A stretch of DNA of 64,000 nt from the NCBI RefSeq assembly GCF_018350175.1, contig NC_058368.1, positions 93,002,001 through 93,066,000 on the forward strand, written 5' to 3'. Every line of letters begins with the position of its first letter. Positions within the stretch are counted from its first letter, which is position 1. Made by a program: the position numbers and the translations under genes. Positions 42,007-55,571 of the stretch are shown one piece after another. The notes beneath the pieces are model-generated. The model saw nothing but the letters and a program-made list of their open reading frames with translations, ran no database searches and had not been told where the DNA came from. Source of the stretch: Felis catus (lineage: Eukaryota).

Positions 42007-43280
42007 GAAAATGGCTCTCTAGAGAAGTTTGCTTTGCAGATCTATCCCTCTCCTGCCACTGAGAACAGCACATCTAGAGATTTCTGGAAAATGTTCTGTA
42101 CTAATGAGGGCATCCTGTAGGAGGTGTCTCTTCCTGGTGGTATTACTTATCCTGGCAGATCATGTACCTCTGATTTACCTGTAAGGAATAAAAACTCCTT
42201 TTTTCTTTGACTTATCTCCCACCCTCCCTCCCTCTCACTCTTCTTTTCCCTACCCCCCTCTTTTCAGAAAGGTAAGAAGAAACCGAGTGACAACCATCTG
42301 GCATCATTTCTGTAGCCTACATTAGTTAGGAGGGGGCTTCCCCAGACCAGTATCTTTTCTCCGTCTCGTTTTTGCTTTGCCCTTATGTTGGGGCAGATAT
42401 CAAGCCTGGAAAGAACACTTTTCTTCTAATGACCAACCACGAAGTCACCACTTGAGCTAAAACCAACCCCAGAACACTTTCTGCTAAAACAACCTGGAAA
42501 GTGTGGCCTCGTGCTGTTAAGTGATTTCTTGTTCGTGCAGACTTAGGCTAAGGCATTTAATCAAATATATCGAGAGAACCTTCAGGAACATTTATGTCTT
42601 ACAGGAAGTCTAAACCCCATCGCTTGGGGCCCCCGAAACTGGAAATTATCCCGTCATGTACTTTTTTTTTTTTTATTTTTTAACGTTTTATTTATTTTTG
42701 AGACAGAGAGAGACAGAACATGAACAGGGGAGGGGCAGAGAGAGAGGGAGACACAGAATTGGAAGCAGGCACCAGGCTCTGAGCCATCAGCCTAGAGCCT
42801 GACGCGGGGCTCGAACTCACGGACCGCGAGATCGTGACCTGGGCTGAAATCGTACGTTTAACCGACTGAGCCACCCAGGCGCCCCGTCATGTACTTTTTA
42901 AGGGTTCACTGTTTTTATAAAGAGCATAGGTGAGTGTTCAATCCAAAGTGTGCTTCACTGGACACTGTTTTTGAGGAGTGAGACCATATACTGTGGACCG
43001 GGGCTATATTACACAAAGGAAAGTGTCTTGCTGTGTTTCTTGTTTGTTTTGTTTTTAATTTTTTTGTTTATTATTTATTTTTGAGAGAGAGAGGGAGAGA
43101 GAGAGAAAGAGTAGGGGAGGGGCAGAGAGAGAGGGAGATGCAGAATCTAAAGCAGGCTCCAGGCTCTGAGCTGTCAGCACAGAGCCTGACACGGGGCTTG
43201 AACTCACAAAGCGGTAAAATCAGGTAAGATGACCTGAGCTGTAGTCAGACACTTAACTGACTGAGCCACCCAGGCACCCC
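41716..43280 (-). mobile_element. Antisense Can-SINEs at 41716-41940, 42667-42885 (young) and 43060-43280
   Basis: The 42667 element is CpG-rich with perfect TSD gtcatgtacttttt. Confidence 0.92.
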
Positions 43281-46088
43281 TGTTTTGTGTTTTCTTTTTT
43301 CCTGCAAGAGTTCTCAGAGTGCATAAGATGTACAGGTGCACCAGGACAGTCCAGGGGGTAAAGGGGGCATTTGCTTGGCCACATCTTCTGGGAACCCGAG
43401 TTGACATGTCGACAACTGAAGTGTCAGAAAATGAAAGGGGTTTTTACTTTCCGCACAATATTCTTGTCCTTTTTTTTTTTTTTTACAGGTTTTATAAATG
43501 TGGGGGAGGGGGTCGAATTTGGGACAGAGAGAAAGGAAGGGTAAAGAATGCGGAGCTAAGAACTCTGGTGGCAGTGTTACCAGGCAGAGAAGCAGACACC
43601 AACAATCTGTAATAACGTAGAGATGGTAGGTGCTGTTTGTCACTGGAAACGCTTTGTTCGGTTAAGAAAGACACCAGTGACCCAATAAATACACTGTTCC
43701 TATTGATCTGATTGCTCTATCTCCAGGAGTGTTCAAGACTGCATTAACTAGTATGCATTACTTAAGAGGGAAAGTTTTCTAAAAATGACTTGAGAATGGT
43801 TTGCTCTTTTTCAAAGTGGGAAAATTGGACGGGCAAACAAGGGAACTTGTTTTGTATAGCTTCTTGTGAGCTAAAGTGCATTTTAGATGGATTAAGACAT
43901 TCCTTTCACCACTAAAAACTGTTAAGTGAAAACAGGTTGGGCATTTAATTTTCAAATGATCAAAGACAGCCTGAGGAGTGGAGTTTCAGTTGTGTTGAGA
44001 ATCGATTATTCAGGATCTTAAAAGCTTGTTTTATTTCTTTTATTAATCAAGTTAGACTTGTCTCTTTAAAAAAAAAAAGCTGTCACTAATAGTCTGCTAC
44101 ATTGCATTTTTTTCTAATTGCCTGGAAGATGATTTCTGAAATGCAGCTGAAACCTCTTTTTATTATGACAGTATATTGGGGAATATTACAGACAAGTTGT
44201 GTCCCACGGTAAAACTTGATCCAACATAAAACTTCATATAAAATAGCTGCTTTGAACACAAGGATTGGTTATGTCTTCTGATATCAGCATCAATGAAGGA
44301 GTCGATAAGAAAAGTCCTTTGCACGATGAGAATATCCTATTTTGTAACTACACAGGTTTGCAGACTTTTAGCAGCAATTCATAGAGGATCTATGATCTGG
44401 GGTTCCCCTTTCATTGAATGTTTGCCTGAATTCCATGTCATTTTTGTACATAGGGAGGTAAAACGGATACAGCCTTATTCCTGCATGGTAGCTGTTTACA
44501 TCTAGGAAATTAATCAGCCTTGTGGTGGTTACTTTTTTGTGACCAGGTGTGAATCTGTTATTCTGAGATCATACATTGCCAACTTCCTCCCTCTAGAGCA
44601 TGCTTTTTAAATAAAACAGCTTCAGGTTTCAATAGATGATGAACTATTCAGAATGCTTAAATGGTCTGGATTCTAATTTTCAAGTTTCTCATTTCAAAAG
44701 AGCTTTTAGTTTGCTTTGTTTTTTATATGCTATAAGCCAGATTTTCAAGAAGGAAGAGATTGATGGCATCTGAGAGTCTCATTTGTTCTATTTATTATTA
44801 CTATTTTTAATTATTTACCTAGGATCCAATGCAAGAGAATGTGACATGAGGAGCTACATCTTTGAACACTTGCTCGCTTGCTCGATGGGCCATCCGTGAT
44901 TTTATTTCATATTCTTTAGGAGATTCTCAGAAAGGTCTACTCTTTTCTAAGCCCTGACCATCAGCGATGGCTGATTTCCTGTTGATTTCCTTAACTTTGA
45001 AGCATTTTACTTGTGATCAGGTTTCTTCAGTAGTTGTCAAAGTGATCATAAAAGATCCATTGCAGTGCTGCGGAAGCATCCAACGGGCATCTTGATTGAT
45101 CACAGTGTATTAGATAATTAGATTATTTCTTACCACTTAAAGCTTCGGCCGCTGCTAAGTAAACTCTAAGCATTTCATCAATGGATTTGTAATTTGTGGT
45201 TGATGGTAATGTAATACTTTGTAAACTTAGCCTTCCAGAGTCTGATTCATACATACGGATATAGCCTTTTCAGACTCATAAATGAGTCACAACTTTAAAA
45301 TGGGCCTTTTCAAGTTATAAAAGTCAGCGGTTTGAAAGCATTCATCATCCATCTGTGACTTGCAAAGCATCAGTGCTCGGTATAATGTTTGCCAAATAAA
45401 TTGGTCATTAAAGTCTTATGGAAAGAAAAGCCAATACTTTGTCAAGCTCAATTTTTTTCATTCCTCCATAGATAGGGTTTTTGTTTTTTGGGTTTCTTTT
45501 GTTTTGTTTTGTTTTTTGTCATCTTTTTGTCTGTGTTTGTTTTTGTTTTTGACCTGCCTTCTGAGAGAACAATGAGAAATTAATATTTATTGACAAGATG
45601 CTTGGAGATCCTGGTTTGAACAGTATGGTTTGAAAATACCAGCAGTGGTTATATTCAAGCAAGAAAAACAAAAGAAACAAGCAAAAAACAAGACGCCAAA
45701 AACAGCTCAGGAATCCAAACTCACTGATCTTATAATGATTTTATTATAGTCCCTCCCCCCACCATCCTGACATTCATGCTGATGTACACATTTAATGGTC
45801 TATGGGTCCTGAGTGTCATCTGACTTTGGAAAATCCATACGGTGTATTAGGGTGTGTGTATGCAGTCCTGTGCAGCTTTCTCATGCCCTTGAGCTTCAGA
45901 ACCACTGTGCCAGATAAAAAGAAAGACCATAAAGTCTAAATGTAGATGCCCAAACATTCAAGCTATTTTGTCTTTAAGAAAATTAATATATTTCTTAGAT
46001 ATTATAGTGAGGCTCTATTGGAGAAAACTCAACTTTTCCCCAGTTGCCTGAAGGAATATGTATGTTATTTTTTCTTTTAATATCCTCT

Positions 46089-46275
46089 GGGGTGCCCAGG
46101 TGGCTCATTCGGTTAAACATCCAACTCTTGATTTCGGCTCAAGTCATAATCTCACAGTCGTGAGATAGAGTCCTGCGTTGGGCTCAGAGCCTGCTTGAGA
46201 TTCTCTTTCTCCCTCCCTCTCTGCTCCTTCCCTACTCATGCTCTCTTTCTCTCTTTAAATAATAAATAAATTTAT
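46089..46275 (+). mobile_element. Can-SINE
   Basis: Head and aataaa tail. Confidence 0.88.
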
Positions 46276-46981
46276 AATTTTTATTTTTAATGTTACCTTA
46301 TTACAAAATAGCTTTAAAATAGCAAAAGAAATTGGAGAAAAGAAAAGCACCTTTGCATTTAATAAAATATACAAATTTTGCGAATTTCCAGAGCTTGGAC
46401 AAATCTGCCTTCTATCCTAACAAACTTTCATAGCCTTAGTACATATTAAAGGGCTTGCTTAATGTTATGGTTATTCATTTAAGGAATGAGATGAGTTTTA
46501 GAAGTGTATCCCAGAGTTGGTCTTGGGGGTGTAGAGCCCCCAAGAAGACTGCTTGGCTGGACACCCCAGGAAGTCCCGGATGTGCTGTTTCTCTGGTGCT
46601 TACCAGCTGGGTAGAGCAGTATCCAATCTTAGCAGTGCTTCCTGAGGTCCCACAAAGGGGAACGCCAGTTCTCAAACTCTCCCACTATGCCACATCCAGC
46701 CCTGTCCTGTCCCTGATTCAGAAGTCCATGGATTCATAAATAGTCTGATCACTGCCAAATTCCTAGGGATATTGGAAAAGGCCCAATCTTCAGAAGCCTT
46801 AATGTGGCCTGGTGGTGAAGTCAAAGCCATTTTGAGAACATGGCCATCGTTTAGTACATGCTTGGTGAATACATGAAGGAATAAAACAAAACAAAACAAA
46901 ACACCCTCATGCTGAGTTTCACCATAATTTTTGGCTAACTTGTAAGAAGAAAAGAGGATTTTGGTCATTCTTCCGGTTTTT

Positions 46982-48440
46982 GTTTGTTTTACAACGTTAT
47001 TGAGGTATAACTTCTCTACCTATTTTAACTGTATATTTCAGTCATCTTTTAGTAAATGTTGAGAGCTATGCAATCATCACCTCTGTTGAGTTTTAAAAGT
47101 TTCCTCACCCCGGGGGCACCACCTGGGTGGCTCGGTCAGTTAAACTCCCTGCTTCAGCTCAGTTCATGATCTCACACTCTGTGAGTTCGAGCCCCACATC
47201 AGGCTCTGTGCTGATGGCTCAGAGCCTGGAGCCTGCTTCAGATTTTGTTCTCCTTCTTTCTGCCCCTCCCCCACTGTCACTCTATCACTCTCCCAGAATA
47301 AGAAATAAAGACATAAAAAAAATTTTAAAATGAAAAGTTGCCTCACCCCCAAAAGACCCCTTGTTCCCATTTGCTTGAAGTTTCTGCCCTGTTCAGACCC
47401 AGACCATCACCAGTACATTGTCTCCATAGATTGGCTTTGCTGAGCCTCTCACCGAGACGGAGTCAGATAATGCATAGTTTTTTCTTTTGCCTCACTTAAA
47501 GGTTTTTTGATGTTGCTTCCCGCTGTAGCATGTATTACAGTTTGTTCCTTTTTATTGACCTATAGTGTTCTGGTGGTAAGGACATGTCACACTGCATTCA
47601 CCCACTCACCAGTTGGTACACATTAGAAGGCTTCCTGTTTGGGGGCTGTTGCAAATAGAATCGCTGTGAACTCTTTGCCCAGAGGTCTCTGTGCAAAATG
47701 GGTTTTGTTTTTCTTGGGTAGGCATCTAGGAGTGGCCTGTACCATCTTACCTTCCCACCAAAAATCAACCATCTGTGAGGGGTTAATGGGGGAGGGAGGG
47801 GCAGAGAGAGAGGGAGACACAGAATTCACAGCAGGCTCCAGGCTCTGAGCTGTCAGTACAGAGCCCGACGCGGGGCTCAAACTCTTGAACCGTGAGATTG
47901 TGACCTGAGGCGAAGACTGACACTCAACCAACTGAGCCAACCAGGCGCCCCTATTTATATAATCTTATAACCATTCTAGCAAGTGCAAAGTAGTGTCTTA
48001 CTGTGGTAATTGGCAGCACTCCACTGACCAATGATGACAAACACCTTTCGTATAATCATCAGACATGTATGTATCTTCTTGGGGAAATGTCTTTTTAAAT
48101 TGTTTGCCCATTTTCACATTGGATCGTTTATCTTACTATGGTATAAGAGTTTGCTATATTCCAGGGCGCCTAGGTGACTCAGTCAGTTAAGCGTTTGATT
48201 CTTGATTTCGGCTCATGTCATATTCTCGTGGCTTGTGAGAACGAGCCCCACATCAGCACAGAGCCTGCTTGGGATTCTCTCTATCCCTCTCTCTGCCCCT
48301 CCCCTACTCATGCTCTTTCTCTCTCTCTCAAAAATAAATTAAAAAAAACATTAAAAGATCTTTAAAGATTGTTTTCTCTATATTCTGATTACCCGTCCTT
48401 TCTCAGATATGTGATTTGCACATATTTTCTTCGGCTTATC
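46982..48440 (-). mobile_element. Old L1M 3' fragment with nested SINEs (+ 47112-47328, - 47787-47951, + 48163-48355)
   Basis: ttattgaggtataac...gcaatcatcacc and gtagcatgtattacagtttgttcctttttattg L1 3'UTR motifs. Confidence 0.75.
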
Positions 48441-49372
48441 TTCCTGTGTTCATTCGTGTGTTTTTTGAACACCATATTTTCTGCAGCGACCGTCTTTTCT
48501 TGCTCTAAACCACTCTCACATGGCCTCCCAAAGACTGCAAAAAAAAAGCCAGCTACGCATACCCAGGGGGCTGTGATGAACTCTTTGAAGAGACTTGACT
48601 CCCTTGTTAAGTTTTTCTGCTTTGTATGCTGCTTCTTGCTGCTTTTTGCTACCCTGAAGTCTTGCATTTCTAGTAACCACTATTTTCTAGTAACAGAAAG
48701 CCAGGAAGGAGCAAGGGAGATTGTTTATTTAACCCAAGTTAAAAAAATATCTTTCCTGTTGTTGCATTGCTTTGATGATTGTAATAACTAGGAAAGGGGA
48801 AGTCTAGAGAGTGTCCGTCCCTTTAATATTTAGGGGGAAGATGTTCCTGACTTGCATCTATTGGGGATATTTAAAATTCCTTTTTTCTTGTCCCAGTTAA
48901 GGCAATAATTTGCTTTAAACGATCTATAGGTATCTTTGGGACTAAGGGTAAACGGTTGTAACAGGCGGGACCCTGTTTTAGGGATGTAGCTAAAGATTGT
49001 TAGAAACCAAGCCCCCCTCTCCTAGTTTGTGTGACCTCACTGGACTTTATGACAGTCCAGTGTCATGGCTTTGGAAGAGTGACGCTCTAGCCATGGGCTG
49101 CCTGGCCAGATCCCATTGCTTGATTATCCTTCATAGTATGCTTGGTATCACAGTGACAGGGTATCGTAGTACGACTCACAGGAAAGTGCACCTGGTATCT
49201 GACATTCAGTATTCCTCAATGGCTCAGAGGCAAGGGATTTTTGAGTAGCCACTCCTAATATCTATTGCTTGTCATAGATTTAATATTCTAAAAGCTTTCT
49301 GTGTTACATAAGGAAGACTATTTTAGTTTACTGAATTGCATTGAATAGTCTAACAGAAGAAGATGCCATTTT

Positions 49373-49805
49373 TTCTAAATTTTTTTTAACGTTTATTTAT
49401 TTTTGAGACAGAGAGAGACAGAGCATGAACGGGGGAGGGTCAGAGAGAGGGAGACACAGAATCTGAAACAGGCTCCAGGCTCTGAGCTGTCAGCACAGAG
49501 CCCGACGTGGGGCTCGAACTTACGGACCTCAAGATCATGACCTGAGCCCAAGTCGGCCGCTTAACCGACTGAGCCACCCAGGCGCCCCAAAGATGCCATT
49601 TTAAAATAAATTCTTTGCAGGGGCACCTGGGTGGCTCAGTTGGTTGAGCATCTGAGTCTTGATCTCGGCTCAGGTTCGTGAGTTCAAGCCTTCATTGGGC
49701 TCTGCACTGACGGCATAGACCCTGCTTGGGATTCTGTCTCCTCTTCTCTCCTCTGCCCCTCCCCCATTTGTTCTCTCAAAATAAATAAAAGATACTTACA
49801 TAAAT
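49373..49805. mobile_element. Head-to-head Can-SINE pair (- 49373-49588; + 49620-49805)
   Basis: 31-nt spacer made of the two abutting TSDs. Confidence 0.93.
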
Positions 49806-49926
49806 AAAATTTTGCAGGCATTGTGATATCTAGTGTGGGGCTTTAAAACTACTTATGCAACATCCATGTAAGGATCATGGTCTGTAAATGTGAAAGCCAC
49901 AAATTGAGGCAAAAAGTATTCAGATC

Positions 49927-51867
49927 GGGCTGCCTGGACATCCAACTTTGGCTCAGGTCATAATCCCACGGTTCGTGAGTTTATGCTCTGTATCAGGCTC
50001 ATGCTGTCAGCGAGGAGCCTGCCTTGGATCCTCTGTCCCCCTCTCTCTTCCCCTCTCCTGCTCACACTCTCCCTTTCAAAAACAAACATTAGAAAAAAAA
50101 AAACACCTTATATTAAAGACATATTCAGATCAAGCTGGATTGAAGAAAATATCTTTTGCCAGTGGTCAGAGTGAAAAGTTAAATATAATAACTTTCCTGA
50201 TTTAAGTAAATGGTTCCCAATATTTCATGTGAGTGGGCATTTTAGTGGTTATAAGCTCTCTGTTTTGAACAAAACCAAACCTGTGTTAGACATCTATGGA
50301 GAAGCATCCTGGATCTCCACTTATTATTACTTTGGGGTAATTGTATGCTTTTTTCCCAGAAGTGATTATAAAATTTTTTTTATTATGTTTCTTTATTTTT
50401 GAGAGCAGAGAGAGACAGAGCATGAGTGGGGGAGGGGCAGCGAGAGAGGGATACACAGAATTTGAAGCAGGCTCCAGGCCCTGAGCCCCTGGACACGGGG
50501 CTGTAACCCACGAATCGTGAGATCATGACCTGAGCCGAAGACTGACACTCAACCAACTGAGCCACCCAGGCGCCCCTGCCCCACCCAGAAGGCATTATAA
50601 AATGAAGCATCTAATACAGAAAGATCAGCTTTGGTCAGTAATTTTAATCTGGCTTAGTGGTGGCCAGCTCTTAGAATTTCTGGCTCACTGTGTGTCTGAA
50701 AAGGAGTGAGTATTCTCAGATTTCCTACTGTTATTTTTCTCATCTGCCTACTGTGCTTTCTAGTGGTTACTAAGGTGTTTTTGTTTTGTATCTTTATATA
50801 GGTTCTACGAAGCTCAGGGGTGTCACTTTAAAGTGAGAGGCCACTCTGTCGGGTTTTGCATTCCTGATTAAGGATTCTTCATTTTTTATAATACCAATAG
50901 CTTTTGTTTCTCTTCTCATCCACCATTCACCCACTGTATCTTCCTGATTCCTGTTCTTTGAGCCCTACCAAGGCCATTGGCACTTAGAGTGATGTGACAG
51001 GTGTTTTGTGTAGGGGTGTGATGATGGATATAGTAAGGGGGATGAAGGTCCATCATAGGCAGGTTTGATGTGGTCTTTGAGAAGAACCAGAAAGACTATT
51101 GAAGTCTTTAGTCACTAACATAATATAATATGCTCAAAACCTTCATCTGATACTGGTTAGGTAAGGAGATGCGTTCTCTCTCCAGTGTCAAGGTATTCTT
51201 TGAGCATCTATGGTATTTTCCACCCTGTGTAAATGAAGGTATAAAAGTCCCACTTGAACCAAACTCTTCAAGGATAAAAACCATATCTAGTAACATCTTG
51301 ATCCCCAGAGCGCAGAGCCCTTTAGCACCTTGGTCTTGTAAGACCTTATGAGTTTTCTAGTTCTCTCAGATCAAGACCAACAACAACTATCATCACTCCA
51401 TGAGGACTTGTGAGGGAAATGTTTCTGCACAAATGTGTGCCCATCAGTCAGAACAATAGAGAGCTGATGAGTAACGCTCCATGAGTGACTTCACGTAGTA
51501 AGTTTAAACCTCCAAGAAACATAGAGAATACTTCTAATAGGAATAAGGTATGTTAAATATAGAAAAAAAATCTTATGTCTTTATTTTATTATCTTCTAGA
51601 AACTCGTTCATTTGTAAGCAGTTAGAGTTTTACTATTTAGTAAGTTAACAAAAGTTAATGAGGAGCTCTGTGTTAATTGAGAAAATATTTTTTTTTTAGA
51701 GAGAGAGCATGAGCAGGGGAGAGGGGCAGAGGGAGACAGAGAGAATCTTAAGCAGGCTCCATGCTCAGTGTGGAGCCCAACACAGGGATCCATTCATTCC
51801 ATGACCCTGAGATAAGGACCGGAGCAGAAATCAAGAGTTGGATGCTCAATTGACTGAGCCTCCCGGG
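49927..51867. mobile_element. Can-SINEs: + 49927-50103, - 50374-50576, - 51688-51867
   Basis: SINE bodies. Confidence 0.85.
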
Positions 51868-51904
51868 TCAGTCTGAAGCAGGGGCAAAAATAGCATTTGT
51901 TGAG

Positions 51905-54087
51905 TCTTTTTTTTTTTTTTAAACATTGGTATGTAACATTGTATAAGTTTCAGGTATGCAACATTAAAATTAGACAATTGTATCTACTACAAAATGATCA
52001 CTGTGAAAAGTCTAGTTACCATTCATTACCATACAATTGACCCCCTTCACCCATTTCATACACCCCACATCCCCCTTCCCCTCTGGTAACTGTCAACCTG
52101 TTCTCTGTATTTATGAGTTGGTTTCTATATTGTTTTGTCTGTTCATTTTTTTGGGTCCTTTTTAGATTCCACATATTAGTGAAGTTATATGGTATTTGTC
52201 TTTCTCCATCTGTTTTATTTTACTTAGCATAGTATCCTTAAGGCCCCTCCGTGTTGTTACAAATGTCAATATTTCCTTCTTGTTTATGGCTGTGGACTAC
52301 TCCATATACCACCTCCTTTATCCTTTCATCTGTTGATGGACACTTCCATCTGTTGATGGACACTTACTTTCCATATCATGGACACTCTGTAAATAATGCT
52401 GCAGTGAATATAGGGGTGCATACATCTTTTCAAATTAGTGTTTTAATATTCTTCAAATAACTACCCTGAAGTGGGATAGCTACAGCATATGGTAGATCTG
52501 TTCTTAATTTTTTGAAGATCCTCCATATTGTTTTCCAGAATGGCTGCACCTGTTGACATTCCCACAAACAGTGTATGAGGGTTCCCTTTTCTCCATATGC
52601 TCTCAATACTTATTTCTTGTCTTTTTGATCCTAGCCATTCTAACAGGTGGGAAGTGACATCTCATTGTGGTTTTGATTTGCATTCCCCTAATAGTGAGGT
52701 TGAACATCTTTTCATGTCCCTGTTGGGCATCTCTATGTCTTATTTGGAAAAATGTCTATTCAGATCCTCTTCCCACTTTTGTTTTTTAAAGTTTCTTTAA
52801 TTTGAGAGAGACAGAGACAGAGACAGAGAGAGAGAGAGAGAGAGTAGGGGAAGGGCGGAGCAAGAGGGAGAGAGAGAATCCCAAGCAGGCCTCACTTTAT
52901 CAGTGCAGAGCTCAATCTCACAAACCATGAAATCATCACCTGAGCCAAAATCAAGAGTTGGAGGCTTAACCGACTAAGCCAGATGGGCACCCCTGTGCCC
53001 ACCTTTTTAATCTCTTTTTAAAATCATTGAGTTTTATGAGTTCTTTATACATTTTATATATTAACCTTTTCTTGGATATATGATTTGCAAGTATCTTCTC
53101 TCATTCAGTAGGTTCACTTTTCATTTTGATAATGGTTTCCTTCACTGTACACACACTTTTTTAGTTCGAAGTAGTCCCATTTGTTGATTATCACTTTTGT
53201 CTCCTTCGTTTTGTTGGAGTTAGATCCACAAACATATCACAAAGACAGATGTCAAGCGGCTTACTGCCTATGTTTTCTTCTAGGAATTTATTGTTATTGG
53301 GTCTTACCTTTAAGTCTTTAACCATTTTGAGTGAATTTTTGTGTATGGTGTAAGGTAGTGGTCCAGTTTTATTCTTTTCCATGTGGCTGTAAGGTTTTCC
53401 CAGAACCATTTGTTGAAGGGATTGTCCCTTCTGTATTTTATGTTCTTGGCTCCTTTGTCATAAATTACTTGTTAATACCTCTGGCTTTATTCTTCTTTCT
53501 CAAGATTGCTTTGGCTATTTGGGATCTTTTGAGGTTTCATTAAATTTTAGAATTGTTTTAGTTCTGTGAAAAATGTCATTGGATTTTAATATGGATTGCA
53601 TTGGCTCTGTAGATTGCTTTGGGTAGTATGAACATTTAACAATATTGATTCTTGTAGTTCATGAGCATGGTATAGCTTTCCAATTATTTGTGTCTTCAAT
53701 TTCTTTCATCAATGTCTTACAGTTTTCAGTGTACAAATCTTTCACCTCTGTGCTTAAATTCATTCCTGGTATTTTATTCTCTTTGATTCAGTTATAAATA
53801 GAATTGCTTTCTTAATTTTTACTTTCTGATAGTTCATATATAAACTATAAACATATAAATACATATAAACATATATATATTAGTGTACAGAAATGCCACA
53901 GATTTCTGTTTAATGATTTTATGCCCTGCAACTTTACTGAATTCATTTCTTCTAACATTTTTTTCTGATGGAGACTTCAGGGTTTCTATATATAATATCC
54001 TGTCATCTGCACGTAGTGGCAGTTTCACTTCTTCCTTTCCAATTTAGATGACTTTTATCTCCTTTTCTTGCCTTACTGCTTTGACTA
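51905..54087 (-). mobile_element. 5'-truncated L1 (L1MA/L1_Carn-like): 3'UTR plus decayed ORF2 C-terminal part, with a nested antisense SINE (52776-52992)
   Basis: polyT at 51906-51920; ORF2-like fragments ...[17 protein letters not shown] and ...[23 protein letters not shown] on the - strand. Confidence 0.92.
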
Positions 54088-54641
54088 CTTGCTCAATTTT
54101 TGAAGACTGCAGGCACATTGGTCTTGGGAATTTGAAACCTTCATAATGTGGTAGACGGACAGGCAGAAGGCCTCACAGAAATTGACAGACATGGTATAGC
54201 ATTGCTTCAAATGCCTTTCAGTGTTCAGCCTGGTAATGTTTTCATTTACTCCACTGGAGCACACAGACTTCTGATGGAGTATCTGTCTTTCATCTCATGT
54301 ATTGCTTTACGGGCTTTCAGCATCTGTGTGGTTACAGCCACTGACTGGGATTTGCAAAGGGAAGGCAGAGGGAACCCCTTCCTGAGGCAACACTCAGATA
54401 GAGCTCCACAGTACAGAGAAACATGCAGATGATATGAGTGCCCCAAAAGCATCATTCCATCTTTTCTTTCTCAAAATCTACTGTTCGAAGATCACTGCTG
54501 TTGTCCCCCCTGGCACTCAGTTTGGGTCCCACAGTGTGTTTAATGTCATGGATACTTCCCGAAAGTCTCATTAACAGTAATGTGCAACTTAACATCACTC
54601 CTTCTGGAAATGCATACAACAAGTGTGCTAAACTTGAACTA

Positions 54642-54760
54642 ATGCTAAACATGAACTACTTCCTCTGTCCACCTAAAGTGAATGCAGCAAGATATGAAAG
54701 AAAGGCTCTGATCTATTGGACGATCCTGGGCTCTGACCTCACTGACTTTGGGTAACATCA
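54642..54760 (+). repeat. 119-bp direct repeat, copy 1
   Basis: Matches 55572-55690 with 4 mismatches. Confidence 0.97.
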
Positions 54761-55066
54761 TGGTCCAAAGAACTTCTGAGAATTCTGAACATGGCCTTCC
54801 GAAAAAGAACAACATGGGTTTCACACCATACAGTCATATCTTCAAGTAACCACAGCACTGTAGCGATCCAAGCAGGCTCTTTGAAAGATAACATAAGAAG
54901 TTTTTCATGGCATTTTCTCCAGTTTTACTTTTTATTAAACAATTTATCTGGCTTGGTCTTTGTCTTACTATGTGTTTTTTCTTGATCATTTTTTTTTGTA
55001 GGGACACATGTCGGGAAGCACTGAGGAAACAAAATTATTCTTTCCAGTGTACTAAGCTATTTAAAG

Positions 55067-55266
55067 CAAGGATTCACAAACTATGGATGGCCCATGAGCC
55101 AAATTTGGCTCACTTCTTGTTTTTGGACATCCCATGTGCTAAGAACAGTTTTTACCTTTTTAAATAATTTCACAGAAGGGTAGAATATGTGACAAGACCA
55201 TATGCAGTCTGCAAAGCCTAAAATATTTACTATCCAGCCTTTTCTGGAACAAGTTTGTTGACCCCA
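55067..55266 (+). mobile_element. MER58B/C-like hAT element
   Basis: caagggattcacaaac...gcaaagcctaaaatatttactatc...gtttgttgacccc. Confidence 0.75.
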
Positions 55267-55571
55267 ATCTTAAAAGTGTCATTATTGTCAGATTTGTTTT
55301 AAGCAAAATGTGATACTATAAATTACAAAGAATTCTAATTTTACTTTAAGTTCAGACAGTAAATGTATATTTGTTGCAGCTTAAATGAGTTTTTTTAATA
55401 GCCATTGTGATATATTTAAAGGCTAAATATATAAAGGACTTGGGTGACCAAGGAGGAAACATTGACATTGGCTCAAGTGATAGGTATGAGTGTCATAGGG
55501 GTGTTACTCACTACCCTAAGCCATACTGAGTAGTTCTAGCTAGAACCCAGTAGAATTCATTTTTTTTATAC

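Noticed and set aside
53191..54028. Reverse-transcriptase-like ORF pieces
   Set aside because: Frameshifted, truncated L1 ORF2; not an active element
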